Shown: positions 41,180 through 51,537, numbered from the stretch's first letter. The stretch is DNA of 64,000 nt from Alphaproteobacteria bacterium (GCA_016297965.1 JAEDDP010000001.1:139347-203346), one strand, 5' to 3'. The notes: generated by a model from the sequence alone, not told the origin. Translations and numbers: made by a program.

Positions 41180-41380
41180 ATGATGAAAGGTACAGTTAAG
41201 TGGTTTAATGCCAAAAAGGGCTATGGTTTCATTCAACCAGATGATGGAACAAAGGATGTGTTTGTTCACATTACCGCGGTAAAAGCAGCGGGAATTTTTT
41301 TGAACGAAGGCACACGTCTTGAATATGAAATCGTAAGCTCTAATGGAAAGGAAGCTGCTGATAACCTTAAACAAATATAA
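41180..41380 (+). CDS. cspA: Cold shock protein (CspA family)
   Basis: GTVKWFNAKKGYGFI RNP1 motif and VFVHI RNP2 motif. Confidence 0.95.
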   Translation: MMKGTVKWFNAKKGYGFIQPDDGTKDVFVHITAVKAAGIFLNEGTRLEYEIVSSNGKEAADNLKQI

Positions 41381-41430
41381 GTTTTAAAGTTAAGGTTTGA
41401 AAAAAAAAGTCCCCAGTAATTGGGGATTTT

Positions 41431-42102
41431 TTATTGATACTTTTTGATAAATGCCTTTATCTGTTTTACATTTTCTCCGATTGGATTATTTGCATCAAGT
41501 GTAAGTATTGGTACATTGTATTTTTGCAAAAGCTTTATTCGTTCATTCATTATTTTGATGTTGTTGTTGATTGCCACTTCGTCCGTATTCCAATTGGATA
41601 GGTGTTTGTGTTGTTGTTTTTGTCGCAATGTTCGTTTGATGGCGATATTGTGGGCGGTATCGGTTTCCCAAACAACGATGGTATTTTTGAAAAAACGTTT
41701 TAAAATTTCCGGATGATTTTTATCAATATCTTGCAAAATGTAAAGTGGGGCGGTGTTTATTACTGCCTCATCAATATAAAAATTACGGGAAAGACAACGG
41801 GCACAAAGTTCGCCGGTTAGGTATTTTTTAAGATGCCGGTGAGGAGGATTAAGTTCCGGATATTTACAAAATACATCCTCAATTTGTTGAATATGTTTTG
41901 GATAGGTGAGTTCAAGAGCCTTAAAAAAGCCTCTGGCAAAGCCCTTTGACATAAATTTGTTGGAAAATTTCGCAAATGTTTTTTTTGTCAAATGTGTTTT
42001 ACCAACACCAGACACGCCAACAAATTCAATTATAAGTTCTTCTTTCTTTTTTGGATAAAGGAAATTGCCAAGGATTCTTTTAAAATTTCTGTAAATTTTC
42101 AT
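41431..42102 (-). CDS. Orphan P-loop NTPase / kinase-like protein (hypothetical)
   Basis: Walker A GVSGVGKTHLTKK; 223 aa; no further assignable motifs. Confidence 0.45.
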   Translation of the reverse strand: MKIYRNFKRILGNFLYPKKKEELIIEFVGVSGVGKTHLTKKTFAKFSNKFMSKGFARGFFKALELTYPKHIQQIEDVFCKYPELNPPHRHLKKYLTGELCARCLSRNFYIDEAVINTAPLYILQDIDKNHPEILKRFFKNTIVVWETDTAHNIAIKRTLRQKQQHKHLSNWNTDEVAINNNIKIMNERIKLLQKYNVPILTLDANNPIGENVKQIKAFIKKYQ

Positions 42103-42349
42103 TTTCTGTCCAATTTAATTATTTTGTGCTATTATTATATATGTAAATTTTGGAAAAACAAGAGTTTTACAGAATTTTAGTTTTTTTGTTAAAAGTTAAA
42201 CAAAAATATAAGACTATGGACGGCGACCGTCAATAACAAGCCAAATGATAAGAAGAAATAAAAGAATACCTAAATCGTTACACATTTATATCGTCTGTTT
42301 GTAAATAAAAAAGGTCCTTTAAAAAAGGACCCGTTTGATTTTTTGTAAT

Positions 42350-42916
42350 TTATTTTTTTGCACGTTCAATGTATGCAAGGTCATCAGTAGAAATAACGAT
42401 TGCATCGCCGGCATCAATAAATTGTGGAACCATAACACGGATTCCATTATCCAAAATAGCAGGTTTGAATGAACCAGTTGCGGTTTGACCCTTTACAACA
42501 GGTTCTGTTTCTGCGATTGTGCAAGTTGCATTTTTTGGAAGTTGAACGGATATAGCCTTTCCTTCAATAAAGCTTATGATAACCTTCATACCATCTTGAA
42601 GAAGAGGTGCGCGTTCGCCAAGTAAATCCTTTGAAATATTTATTTGGTCATAGGTTTCCTGATCCATGAAAACGAAATCATCACCTTCGGCATAAAGATA
42701 TTGATAATCCTTATCTTCCGCAGTCAATTTTTCAACGGTATCAACAGTTCTCCATCTTTGTTGTGTTTTAAGGCCTGTTTCAACATCACGCATTTCAACC
42801 TGAATGAATGCGCCACCTTTACCTGGTTGAAGGATTTGAATGCCGATAACTGTGTATTGTTTACCATTGTCAAAAATAACCCAACCTGGTCTTATTTGGT
42901 TTGCTTGTTGTTTCAT
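42350..42916 (-). CDS. efp: Elongation factor P
   Basis: 188 aa; KPGKGGAF loop bearing the modified Lys/Arg position; three OB/KOW-like domains. Confidence 0.95.
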   Translation of the reverse strand: MKQQANQIRPGWVIFDNGKQYTVIGIQILQPGKGGAFIQVEMRDVETGLKTQQRWRTVDTVEKLTAEDKDYQYLYAEGDDFVFMDQETYDQINISKDLLGERAPLLQDGMKVIISFIEGKAISVQLPKNATCTIAETEPVVKGQTATGSFKPAILDNGIRVMVPQFIDAGDAIVISTDDLAYIERAKK

Positions 42917-43429
42917 TTTATTACCTTTCTATATAATTAAAGTGTTTCAAGGATATACTATAAGGTTGCAAATTTCAACAGAAATTTAAAACTATGTTGA
43001 CTTTGTTTTTATGGATTAGTATATTTTTTTAATATCCTATTATAAAATAATAGAGTTAAAAATGAATTTTTATCAAATATTGGCTGGACTTTTTATTACA
43101 TTTATTGTCTTTTTACGTTCAATGACTGTTAAGATGGGAACAAAGAATTTTTCATCAAAGCAAATAACATTTGCAAACTATTTTTATATGGTGGTTGCAC
43201 TTTGTTTAACCATACCGTTTATGAAAGATATGCTTATTCCCGTTGGATATTCAAATTGGTGGGTTGGCATTGTTGTTTGCATTGCCAATATTGTTTAGGT
43301 AATTATGACATAAATTATTGTTTTTTCTATAAAATAAGAATTATTTTGACAAAATATATTATATTCTTGACATTTTTGTTGAAAAGTTCTATTTTTGACA
43401 ATACTTAAACTAAATGTTAGGAGTAAAAA

Positions 43430-44629
43430 ATGGAAAAAAAAGAACCTATTTTGACATCCGCTGAAAATGTAAATGCTGATGTTTCAGAAAAAGAAGTTTC
43501 ATCTTCCGCTTTTGATGAAAAGAAGGAATCTAAATTAAAAGCCAAGATAAAACAACTTAAAGCAAAAATAAAAGAAGTAAAACTTTCCGAAAAGCAAAAA
43601 AGATTTACAATTGCGGGATTGGTTTGTTTGGTTGTTATTATTTTTACTGTGTTGATTATTTCTTTGTTTACTGGGGATAAGGCAAACGTTGCAAAATTGG
43701 AACCTTCTAAACCAGCAGTGGAAAAGAAAGTTGAAACACCAAAGAAAGAAGAAAGTAAGGAATCTTTCTGGTCAAGATTGTTTTCATCAAAGAAAGAAAA
43801 TAAAAAGGTTGAAACTGTTGTTCCTTCTTTTGATATTGTTCGTATGGAAAAAGGTGAAGCAGTTATTGCCGGTCAAGCAGGCAAAGGTGCCGTTGTTCAC
43901 ATACTTGATAATGGTCGTGAAATAGGTCAAGAAAAAGCAGATGACAATGGTCAATGGGTATTTATACCAAAGAAGGCCCTTCCTGTTGGAAACAGAAAAC
44001 TTTCATTGTTTGTTGTTGATGAAAATGGTGAAAAAGTTTATGGAAAGCAATCTGCTGTACTTCATGTATCAAGAAAAGCAAATGATGAAGTTGCCGTTAT
44101 TATGGATGGTAAATCATCAAAGGTTTTAAAGGCTCCTAAAGGTCAAAATATTGGTGCTTTGCGAATTGCAAAAATTGATTATAATGAAGATGGCGCATTT
44201 AAGGTTGAAGGTTTGGCAAAGAAGAATTCTTCTGTAAATCTTTATATGAATAACAAGCTTGTTAAATCAGTAAAGGCAAATGAATTTGGTATTTGGACTG
44301 TTGATACTGAATTTAAGCTTTCAAATGAAAAGCAAGTTATTCGTGCCGATATGTTGAATGCAAAAGGTAAAGTTGTAAGACGTGTTGAATACAAGTTTAC
44401 ACCAGTTCTTTTTGAAGGTGAAAACGATATGACTGTTATCAAAAAAGGTGATTGTCTCTGGAATATTGCCCTTAAAGAATATGGTCGTGGTATTGAATAT
44501 GTTGTTATCTTTGAAGCAAATAAATCACAAATAAAAGATCCTAACAAGATTTATGTAGGTCAGGTATTTTCTATTGTTAAAAAAGGAAGCCAGACATTCA
44601 AAGATATGAAGGCAAATGCAAAAAGATAA
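43430..44629 (+). CDS. Membrane-anchored LysM domain protein
   Basis: N-terminal K-rich coiled coil, single TM helix, beta-rich repeats, C-terminal LysM (TVIKKGDCLWNIALKEYGRG...IYVGQVFSI). Confidence 0.7.
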   Translation: MEKKEPILTSAENVNADVSEKEVSSSAFDEKKESKLKAKIKQLKAKIKEVKLSEKQKRFTIAGLVCLVVIIFTVLIISLFTGDKANVAKLEPSKPAVEKKVETPKKEESKESFWSRLFSSKKENKKVETVVPSFDIVRMEKGEAVIAGQAGKGAVVHILDNGREIGQEKADDNGQWVFIPKKALPVGNRKLSLFVVDENGEKVYGKQSAVLHVSRKANDEVAVIMDGKSSKVLKAPKGQNIGALRIAKIDYNEDGAFKVEGLAKKNSSVNLYMNNKLVKSVKANEFGIWTVDTEFKLSNEKQVIRADMLNAKGKVVRRVEYKFTPVLFEGENDMTVIKKGDCLWNIALKEYGRGIEYVVIFEANKSQIKDPNKIYVGQVFSIVKKGSQTFKDMKANAKR

Positions 44630-44855
44630 ACTTTAACTTTTGAATTTGTTTTTGGTTATACTTCCCCGTGGCGCCTGTCGTGGGGAAGTTTTTTTATTGT
44701 GTCTTTCGTTTTTAAAAGTTTAAATTTTTAAACATAAATTTCCACTTTTGGTAAATATATGACAAAAATCATCTTTGAATTTTTATACTTAAAATTTGTT
44801 TGACACATTTTTGCTTTTTATATATACTTGGGTGCTATATTAAGGAGTAAAAATT

Positions 44856-46244
44856 ATGAAAAAAATTTCGTTGTTGGTCGTATCTTTATTGTTGTCTTCC
44901 CCTGTGTTTGCAGGTGATGAAGTAAGTGCAGATACAGGTGTTAAATTAAGTAATTCATGCAATATTACAAAAAATGTGAAAACAGATACTTTGAACCTTG
45001 CCGATGTGATTGAACTTTCAATGTGTAATAATCCAAATACTCGTCAGGCATGGCTTTCAACAAAGGTTGGTGAAACTGCATATAAGGCAAGCTTGGCTGG
45101 ATATTATCCACAACTTAGTGCCAATGCATCATACCAAAAATCAAAATCAAATGATTATGTTGTTGATCCCGATGGTGAAGTAAGTCGTGGAAAGGTAGCA
45201 GAGGCCGGACTTTCACTTAGTTGGCTTTTGTATGATTTTGGTAAAAGAGAAGCCGGTGTTGAAAAAACTTTTCAATCAATGAATTCTACAAAGTTTCAAT
45301 ACAATGATACTTTGCAACAGGTTGCCTATGATACAATAGTGGCATATTATGATGCTCTTTCCGCAGTGGAAGAACTTGCCGCAGTTAAGGCGAATGAAGA
45401 AGCAAGTCTTAAATCATTTGAACTTGCAAGTAAAAAGTTTGAACTTGGGATGTCATCAAAGGCAGATACATTACAGACAGAAACAACCTATGGTGAAACA
45501 CAACTTGCCACAACAAGACAGGAACAGGTTGTAAGAAATGCAAATGCAAAATTGGCAAAGATGTTGGGACTTCCTCCATCACAGGAAATAAAACTTGCCC
45601 CTTCGTTTGCAAATGCATCTGATGATGTTATTGATAAGTCAGTAGAGGAGCTTGTAAACATAGCGATGGCAAGGCGTCCTGATTTGCAGGCAAAAATGGC
45701 AAGTGTAAAGGCAAGTTATGCCGGTGTTCGTTCCGCAAGTGCAACATATTATCCAACGGTTTCCGCATTTGGTTCCAAAACATGGGATGATGTGACCGAT
45801 CCAAAGTTTAATGGTTTAAGCAGTGATAAGGATGGATATGTTGTTGGGGTAAAGGTTTCAATGCCTATATTTACCGGATTTGAAAATACTTATTCCCTTC
45901 GTAATGCAAAATATCAGTATGCCGCAGAAAAAGAGGCGTTGCAAGCATTACAACAGGATGTGGAATTGGGTGTTGTGAATGCCTATAACCAATATAAGAC
46001 AAGTGTAAAAAGTTTAAGTATTGCCAAAAAACTTTTTGAAAGTGCCGTTGAAAATGAAAAGGTTGCACTTGGTTCATATAAGGCGGGTAAGGGTGATATT
46101 ATCAGCTTGATGGAAGCACAATCAAAGCTTCTTTCTGCACGAAAGGAACTTATTTCCTCTCAGTACGGATTGTATACATCAAAGATTGCACTTCTTAAAT
46201 CCGTTGGTGAACTTAACCTACAAAATTTGGGTGCTGTAAAATAG
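44856..46244 (+). CDS. TolC-family outer-membrane efflux channel
   Basis: Signal peptide; duplicated OEP repeat structure with characteristic coiled-coil segments; 462 aa. Confidence 0.8.
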   Translation: MKKISLLVVSLLLSSPVFAGDEVSADTGVKLSNSCNITKNVKTDTLNLADVIELSMCNNPNTRQAWLSTKVGETAYKASLAGYYPQLSANASYQKSKSNDYVVDPDGEVSRGKVAEAGLSLSWLLYDFGKREAGVEKTFQSMNSTKFQYNDTLQQVAYDTIVAYYDALSAVEELAAVKANEEASLKSFELASKKFELGMSSKADTLQTETTYGETQLATTRQEQVVRNANAKLAKMLGLPPSQEIKLAPSFANASDDVIDKSVEELVNIAMARRPDLQAKMASVKASYAGVRSASATYYPTVSAFGSKTWDDVTDPKFNGLSSDKDGYVVGVKVSMPIFTGFENTYSLRNAKYQYAAEKEALQALQQDVELGVVNAYNQYKTSVKSLSIAKKLFESAVENEKVALGSYKAGKGDIISLMEAQSKLLSARKELISSQYGLYTSKIALLKSVGELNLQNLGAVK

Positions 46245-47477
46245 TTGTTATATAGAGGAGGGAGTATGATTGGTGGTTTATTAAGTAGGAAAAAGGTTAT
46301 TGTTGGTGCCTTGGTTATTGGTGCCTGTTATGTTGGGTACAGGGTGTTTTTTGGTGGTGCGAAGGAACTTTCGTTGAATGCAAACCTTTTTGAATATTCA
46401 AAGGTGTCGGTGCAAAACATTCGTTCAACCGTAAGTGCAACCGGTACAATAAACCCAGTGAATGTGGTTTCCGTTGGTGCCCAGGTATCCGGAATGATTG
46501 ATAAAATTTATGTTGATTATAATGACAAGGTTAAGACGGGGCAGTTGCTTGCTCAGGTGGATAAGGCCTTGCTTATTGAAGATATAAATTCAACCAATGC
46601 AAAGATGATGCAGACGAAGGCGAAGTATGATTTGGCGGAACTTGATAAAAACCGAACAGAACAACTTTTTAATGCTGGTTATATTGCAAAGCTTGAACTT
46701 GATCAGGCGGTGACCGATTTGGCAAGTGCAAAGGCGGACTATATCGCGGCAAAGGCGGAAAATGAAAGAAGTAAGCGAAACATAGAGTATGCCGAAATAA
46801 AATCTCCGGTTTCGGGTGTTGTTATTTCAAAGGATGTGGAGGAAGGACAAACTATTGCTTCGTCCTTTTCGGCACCAACACTTTTCACCATTGCGGAAGA
46901 TTTAACAAAAATGCAAATTGAAGCAAGTATTTCCGAGGCGGATATTGGTAATATCAAAAAGGGACAAGATGTAAGTTTTACGGTTGATGCTTTCCCTCTT
47001 GAAACATTTCATGGAACTGTGGATCAGGTGCGACTTAATCCAACAACAGAACAAAATGTTGTGATTTATAATGTGATTATAAAGATTGATAACAAGGATG
47101 GAAAGTTGCTTCCGGGGATGACCGCGTTTGTTGAAATTGACACCCTTAAAAAAGATGATGTGATGGCATTGGAAAATTATGTTTTGCAATTTAAACCAGA
47201 CAATGTTTTGCAAAGTTATGTCATTTATCCAGAAAACAGAAAATTGGAAGCAAACGAGTCCTTTGTTTATCGTTTTGATGCAAAGAAAAAGGTTGTTTAT
47301 GCAGACAAGATTGCAAAGGGAATTTCAAATGGTGTGTTTACCGAAATTTCATCACCAGAGTTAAAGGTTGGCGACAGTGTTATTGCAGATTTCCTTTATG
47401 AAGGGGATGCAAAGCCAAAGCAGGCGGAGAAGAGTTCGTCATCGTCGTCTCGTCGTCGTGGTCCACCACCAATGTAA
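46245..47477 (+). CDS. HlyD/MacA-family periplasmic adaptor (membrane fusion protein)
   Basis: N-terminal TM, coiled-coil hairpin, lipoyl/beta-barrel domains (TGTINPVNVVSVGAQVSG, IKSPVSGVV). Confidence 0.8.
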   Translation: MLYRGGSMIGGLLSRKKVIVGALVIGACYVGYRVFFGGAKELSLNANLFEYSKVSVQNIRSTVSATGTINPVNVVSVGAQVSGMIDKIYVDYNDKVKTGQLLAQVDKALLIEDINSTNAKMMQTKAKYDLAELDKNRTEQLFNAGYIAKLELDQAVTDLASAKADYIAAKAENERSKRNIEYAEIKSPVSGVVISKDVEEGQTIASSFSAPTLFTIAEDLTKMQIEASISEADIGNIKKGQDVSFTVDAFPLETFHGTVDQVRLNPTTEQNVVIYNVIIKIDNKDGKLLPGMTAFVEIDTLKKDDVMALENYVLQFKPDNVLQSYVIYPENRKLEANESFVYRFDAKKKVVYADKIAKGISNGVFTEISSPELKVGDSVIADFLYEGDAKPKQAEKSSSSSSRRRGPPPM

Positions 47478-47494
47478 TCTTTTTAGTGTGAGGT

Positions 47495-48214
47495 GTGGAT
47501 ATGACGAAGGTTTTAGAGGTTGAACATCTTTTTAAAAGTTATCCGATGGCGGAGGGGGAACCCTATCCAGTTTTAAAGGATATAAATTTTACAATAGATG
47601 AGGGCGAATTTGTTGCCATTATGGGACCATCTGGAAGTGGAAAGTCAACGTTGATGAATACACTTGGGTGTCTTGATACTCCGACAAGTGGTATATATAA
47701 AATTGGCGGTGAAGTTGTGTCGGGAATGAATGATGACCAGCTTGCCGATATACGAAGTTCAAAAATTGGTTTTGTGTTTCAAGGCTTCAACCTTTTAATG
47801 AAAAGAAGTTTGGTTGATAATGTTTCAATCCCACTTATTTATGCGGGGTATGATTTGGAAACACAACACAGGCGTGCCGCCGATATGTTAGAGCATGTAA
47901 AGCTTGGGAAATTTATTGATCGTTTACCAAGTCAAATTTCAGGTGGTATGCAACAAAGGGTTGCGATTGCGCGCGCCCTTATCAATCATCCGAAAATTAT
48001 TTTGGCGGATGAACCGACCGGAAATTTGGATACAAAAACATCCGTTGAAATTATGAATTTGTTTCAGGAATTAAATGAGGAAGGAAAGACTATTGTCCTT
48101 GTTACACACGAACCGGATATTGCCGATTTTGCAAAAAGGCTTATTTATATAGTTGATGGTGTGGTTCATTATGATGGACCGGTGAAGGATTTTAAGGGGA
48201 AAAATAATGGCTGA
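47495..48214 (+). CDS. ABC transporter ATP-binding protein (MacB/LolD-like)
   Basis: Walker A GPSGSGKST, signature LSGGMQQRVAIARAL, Walker B ILADEPTGNLD, H-loop. Confidence 0.9.
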   Translation: MDMTKVLEVEHLFKSYPMAEGEPYPVLKDINFTIDEGEFVAIMGPSGSGKSTLMNTLGCLDTPTSGIYKIGGEVVSGMNDDQLADIRSSKIGFVFQGFNLLMKRSLVDNVSIPLIYAGYDLETQHRRAADMLEHVKLGKFIDRLPSQISGGMQQRVAIARALINHPKIILADEPTGNLDTKTSVEIMNLFQELNEEGKTIVLVTHEPDIADFAKRLIYIVDGVVHYDGPVKDFKGKNNG

Positions 48215-49466
48215 GCTTCAATATAAAAATTCAGAGCAAAAAATCCATATGTCAGAGGCCGTTTTTCGTGAAGCATGGATTTCAATTAAATCAAACAAGA
48301 TGCGTTCCTTTCTTACCACACTTGGTATTATTATCGGGGTGTGTGCGGTTGTTATTATGGTTGCCGCTGGGCAGACAGTGCAAAATATGATAAATGACAG
48401 TCTTGCCGGAATGGGAAGTAATTTGTTGATGATAAGACCGGAGTTTGTGACAACATCCGGTGTTAAAAGTGGTGGGCAAACCGTTGTTCGTACAACAGAT
48501 GCGGATGTTATAAGAAAGCTTAAATATATAAAGGCGGTGTCCCCAATGGTGAATGGTTCGGCGCAGGTTGTTTACGGAAATGAAAACTATACCGGAAGTA
48601 TTGTTGCGACAACACCGGATTATTTGCAAACCGGAAATTGGGAAATTGAAAGAGGTGAAGGACTTAATGAACGGGATGTGAAATCTGCCTCGGCCTATGT
48701 TTTAATTGGAAAGACCATTGAAAGTGAGCTTTTTAAGGGTGGTGAAAGTGCGTTGGGAAAAACGATTAGGGTGAAAAATATTCCGTTTGTTGTGAAAGGT
48801 ATATTAAAGGCAAAAGGTCAAGGTATGGGTGGTATTGACAGGGATGAAACTGTGATTATGCCGATTACAACTTTCAGACGAAGAATAAAGGGAACGAATA
48901 TTCCAAACCGTGTAAATTATATTATGGCACAGGTGGATGATGAAAAACATATATCAAAGGCGAAAACGTCAATTGAAAATGCCCTTCGTGAATTTAGACG
49001 GTTAAAACCAACGGCGGATAATGATTTCCGTGTGGATGATATGACCGAAATACAGGAAACTATGCGTTCGGTTGGAACTTATCTTTCTATACTTCTTGCC
49101 TCTATTGCATCAATATCACTTATTGTTGGAAGTATTGGTATTATGAATATGATGCTTGTTTCTGTGACTGAAAGAACGAGGGAAATTGGTATTCGTAAGG
49201 CGATTGGTGCGAAAAATGTTTATATACTTACCCAATTCCTTTTGGAATCAATTTTGATTTCGTTTATTGGAAGTATGATTGGGCTTGTCCTTGGGATTGG
49301 AATTTCGCAAATTGCCGGTGCGATACTTGAAAAGGATGTTCCAATATCTTTGCTTACCGTTATGATTGCATTCAGTGTGGCGGTGGTTGTTGGTATTGTG
49401 TCGGGAATATTTCCGGCATTGAAGGCAACAAAGCTTGACCCGATAGAGGCGTTAAGGTATCAATAG
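48207..49466 (+). CDS. ABC transporter permease with MacB-type periplasmic domain and FtsX 3-TM module
   Basis: N-terminal TM, ~220-aa periplasmic domain, C-terminal FtsX-like TM bundle; 4-nt overlap with the ATPase gene. Confidence 0.85.
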   Translation: MAELQYKNSEQKIHMSEAVFREAWISIKSNKMRSFLTTLGIIIGVCAVVIMVAAGQTVQNMINDSLAGMGSNLLMIRPEFVTTSGVKSGGQTVVRTTDADVIRKLKYIKAVSPMVNGSAQVVYGNENYTGSIVATTPDYLQTGNWEIERGEGLNERDVKSASAYVLIGKTIESELFKGGESALGKTIRVKNIPFVVKGILKAKGQGMGGIDRDETVIMPITTFRRRIKGTNIPNRVNYIMAQVDDEKHISKAKTSIENALREFRRLKPTADNDFRVDDMTEIQETMRSVGTYLSILLASIASISLIVGSIGIMNMMLVSVTERTREIGIRKAIGAKNVYILTQFLLESILISFIGSMIGLVLGIGISQIAGAILEKDVPISLLTVMIAFSVAVVVGIVSGIFPALKATKLDPIEALRYQ

Positions 49467-49514
49467 AAAATGTGTTAAAAAAGAAGAAGGAGTACTTAAA
49501 CGTACTCCTTTTGA

Positions 49515-50117
49515 TTAAATGCTTTGTGCATCAATTGTGATTATGGTTTGGTCAATTGCATCCTTTATATAATTTTCACGAACTTCCGATGTGGCGGATG
49601 TTATTTCACCAAAGAAAAGATGTTTGATTGTTTTAAAACCACAAAATGCAAATATACCGGTGTCGGATGTCAACTTCATTGCGTTATACATTCCCTGTTC
49701 GTTATAGGTCTTAATTGAATTTCCGTGTGAATTTATTATTATTGCCGTTTTGTCATTTAAAAGTCCGATTATTTCACTTCCCCTTCGTTTATATGCAAAG
49801 CCATAGGAAAAGACCTTATCAAAATAGCCCTTTATTATTGCGGGAAGTCCGGTCCACCAAATAGGGTATATGAATATCATAATATCTGCGGAACGGATGA
49901 AATCTTGTTCCCTTTTTATATCGTCTGGGATTTCGTCGTTGTGGAGCATTTCCAAATCCTTTGATGAAAGGACAGGATTAAAATTTACCTCATATAAATC
50001 ACGGACAAAGACATTGTGCCCCTTATTTTTAAGTGTGAATAAAAGTTTTTCCTTTAAATCAAAATTAAAACTGGTCGGCGTTTTTGGGTGGCCGTATATA
50101 AGTAAGATGTTTGCCAT
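49515..50117 (-). CDS. Flavodoxin-like NAD(P)H dehydrogenase (quinone) family protein
   Basis: ILLIYGHP N-terminus, YPIWW motif typical of the NQO/KefF/MdaB flavodoxin_2 family. Confidence 0.75.
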   Translation of the reverse strand: MANILLIYGHPKTPTSFNFDLKEKLLFTLKNKGHNVFVRDLYEVNFNPVLSSKDLEMLHNDEIPDDIKREQDFIRSADIMIFIYPIWWTGLPAIIKGYFDKVFSYGFAYKRRGSEIIGLLNDKTAIIINSHGNSIKTYNEQGMYNAMKLTSDTGIFAFCGFKTIKHLFFGEITSATSEVRENYIKDAIDQTIITIDAQSI

Positions 50118-50245
50118 AATTTCCTCCTTTGATTGTTGTAAGGAAATGGTAGCATAAATTGGGACTTCTATCTATGAGAACAAAATCACACAACAAAAAA
50201 TCCCCCAGTTTTTGGAGGACTTTTTGTTATCTTTGCATGTTTTTT

Positions 50246-50872
50246 TTAGAATAAACCAGCAAGTGAGTTTGCAATTCTTTGTTTTATTTGTGTGCTTGCT
50301 TCCTCAGGCGTTAGATTTACCCTTTTTGCATTTACGGTAAGCATTGTTGTTTGGGCGTTGTTTTTACCTTCGGTAATCCTTATATCTGTTTGAACATTGT
50401 ATGTGATGTCCTTTGTATTTGCATCAAAATACATTGTTGCAAGTCCCGCAGCAAGTCCGGCACCAATACCTGCCAATCCGTCATTTTTGTTTGCAACGGC
50501 AAGTCCAACTCCGGTTCCGGCAATAACGGCATCATTTTGTGCGTCCATTGCACTTGATCTGTTTATTGAAATTGCCCTTACAACATTTGCTTGGAGGATA
50601 AAGTTTGCATTTGCAGGGTTGGTTGTTATCTGGTATCCCTTGTATTCAAGGGCGCGTGTGATATATCCGTTTAGGTCGTTAAAGTTTTGGTTGTCGGATG
50701 TATTTCTTACCTGTACAAAGATTTTTGTGTTTTCCGGTACGGTTGGGTTTAACCATATTGTTTTATTCATATTGGTTGTGATTTCAAGATCGCTGTTCGC
50801 CATACGGGTATAGGTTCCGGAACATCCAGAAAGTAGGGCGATTGTTGATAAAATAGTTATAAATTTTTTCAT
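50246..50872 (-). CDS. traT: TraT-like surface-exclusion / complement-resistance outer-membrane lipoprotein
   Basis: Lipobox LLSGC; block TIWLNPT...IFVQVRNTSDNQ...KGYQITTNPANANFILQANVVRA closely parallels F-plasmid TraT (TIWLEPA...FLQIKNTSDKD...[23 protein letters not shown]); glycine-zipper segment AGTGVGLAVA...GIGAGLAAGLA. Confidence 0.8.
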   Translation of the reverse strand: MKKFITILSTIALLSGCSGTYTRMANSDLEITTNMNKTIWLNPTVPENTKIFVQVRNTSDNQNFNDLNGYITRALEYKGYQITTNPANANFILQANVVRAISINRSSAMDAQNDAVIAGTGVGLAVANKNDGLAGIGAGLAAGLATMYFDANTKDITYNVQTDIRITEGKNNAQTTMLTVNAKRVNLTPEEASTQIKQRIANSLAGLF

Positions 50873-50962
50873 TTTAGGCTCCTTTGTTTAGGCTTTTTTA
50901 CTTGAACCTATTTTATATTTTTTGCTTTATAAATTCAAGTTTATATTTTATAATTTGGTGTT

Positions 50963-51469
50963 ATGAAAAAGGTTTATATAAAAATAAATGATATTTTGGT
51001 TAAAAATTGCTTAAAGGATATATTTTTGAAAAATTCTTTGGCGGTGGTTGATGATGAAAAAGATGCCGATTTCGTTTTGGGTGAAGATGGTGATGAATTC
51101 GTTGTTAACAACGATTATAAATTCCAAAAGCCATTGAATGTTTTTGATGTCATCAATTTTTTACAATCATTTGTACTTATTTCATTTTGTGGTGCCAGTT
51201 TTGATATAAATAAAAAGATTGTTGTTCGGGATGGGGCGGTTGTGCAACTTACCGATATTGAAACAAAGATTTTGTCCCGTCTTTTGGATGAAAAGGATGG
51301 TGTGGATGTTGAAGATTTGGTTTGTGGTGTGTTTGGTAAAAATACCGAATCAAATGTGAAAACATTGTCCACACATATCTATAATTTGAAAAAAAAGTTG
51401 GCATTGTTATTTAAAAAACAAAAAAATATTATTGTCGTGAATGCTAGGTATAAGCTGGATTTATCGTAA
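50963..51469 (+). CDS. Orphan OmpR/PhoB-type winged-helix DNA-binding protein lacking a recognisable receiver domain
   Basis: C-terminal trans_reg_C-like pattern (LTDIETKILSRLL...VxxLxxxVFG...VKTLSTHIYNLKKKL...RYKL); the N-terminal 80 aa lack the D-D-K receiver signature. Confidence 0.5.
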   Translation: MKKVYIKINDILVKNCLKDIFLKNSLAVVDDEKDADFVLGEDGDEFVVNNDYKFQKPLNVFDVINFLQSFVLISFCGASFDINKKIVVRDGAVVQLTDIETKILSRLLDEKDGVDVEDLVCGVFGKNTESNVKTLSTHIYNLKKKLALLFKKQKNIIVVNARYKLDLS

Positions 51470-51508
51470 TTTTTGATGTAATAGAATAAAAATGTTTGCA
51501 TTTTGTTC

Positions 51509-51537
51509 TTGACATTTTGCAAAAAATAGTGTATAGT
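51509..51537 (+). promoter_or_regulatory. Near-consensus sigma-70 promoter (TTGACA - 17 nt - TATAGT)
   Basis: ttgacattttgcaaaaaatagtgtatagt. Confidence 0.5.

Noticed and set aside
50150-50960. attL: direct repeat of the tRNA-Phe 3' end (tggtggcgaggggcagaatcgaac) marking the left end of the island
   Set aside because: No convincing partial copy found by eye near the TraT gene or between 50873 and 50962; the left boundary remains undefined
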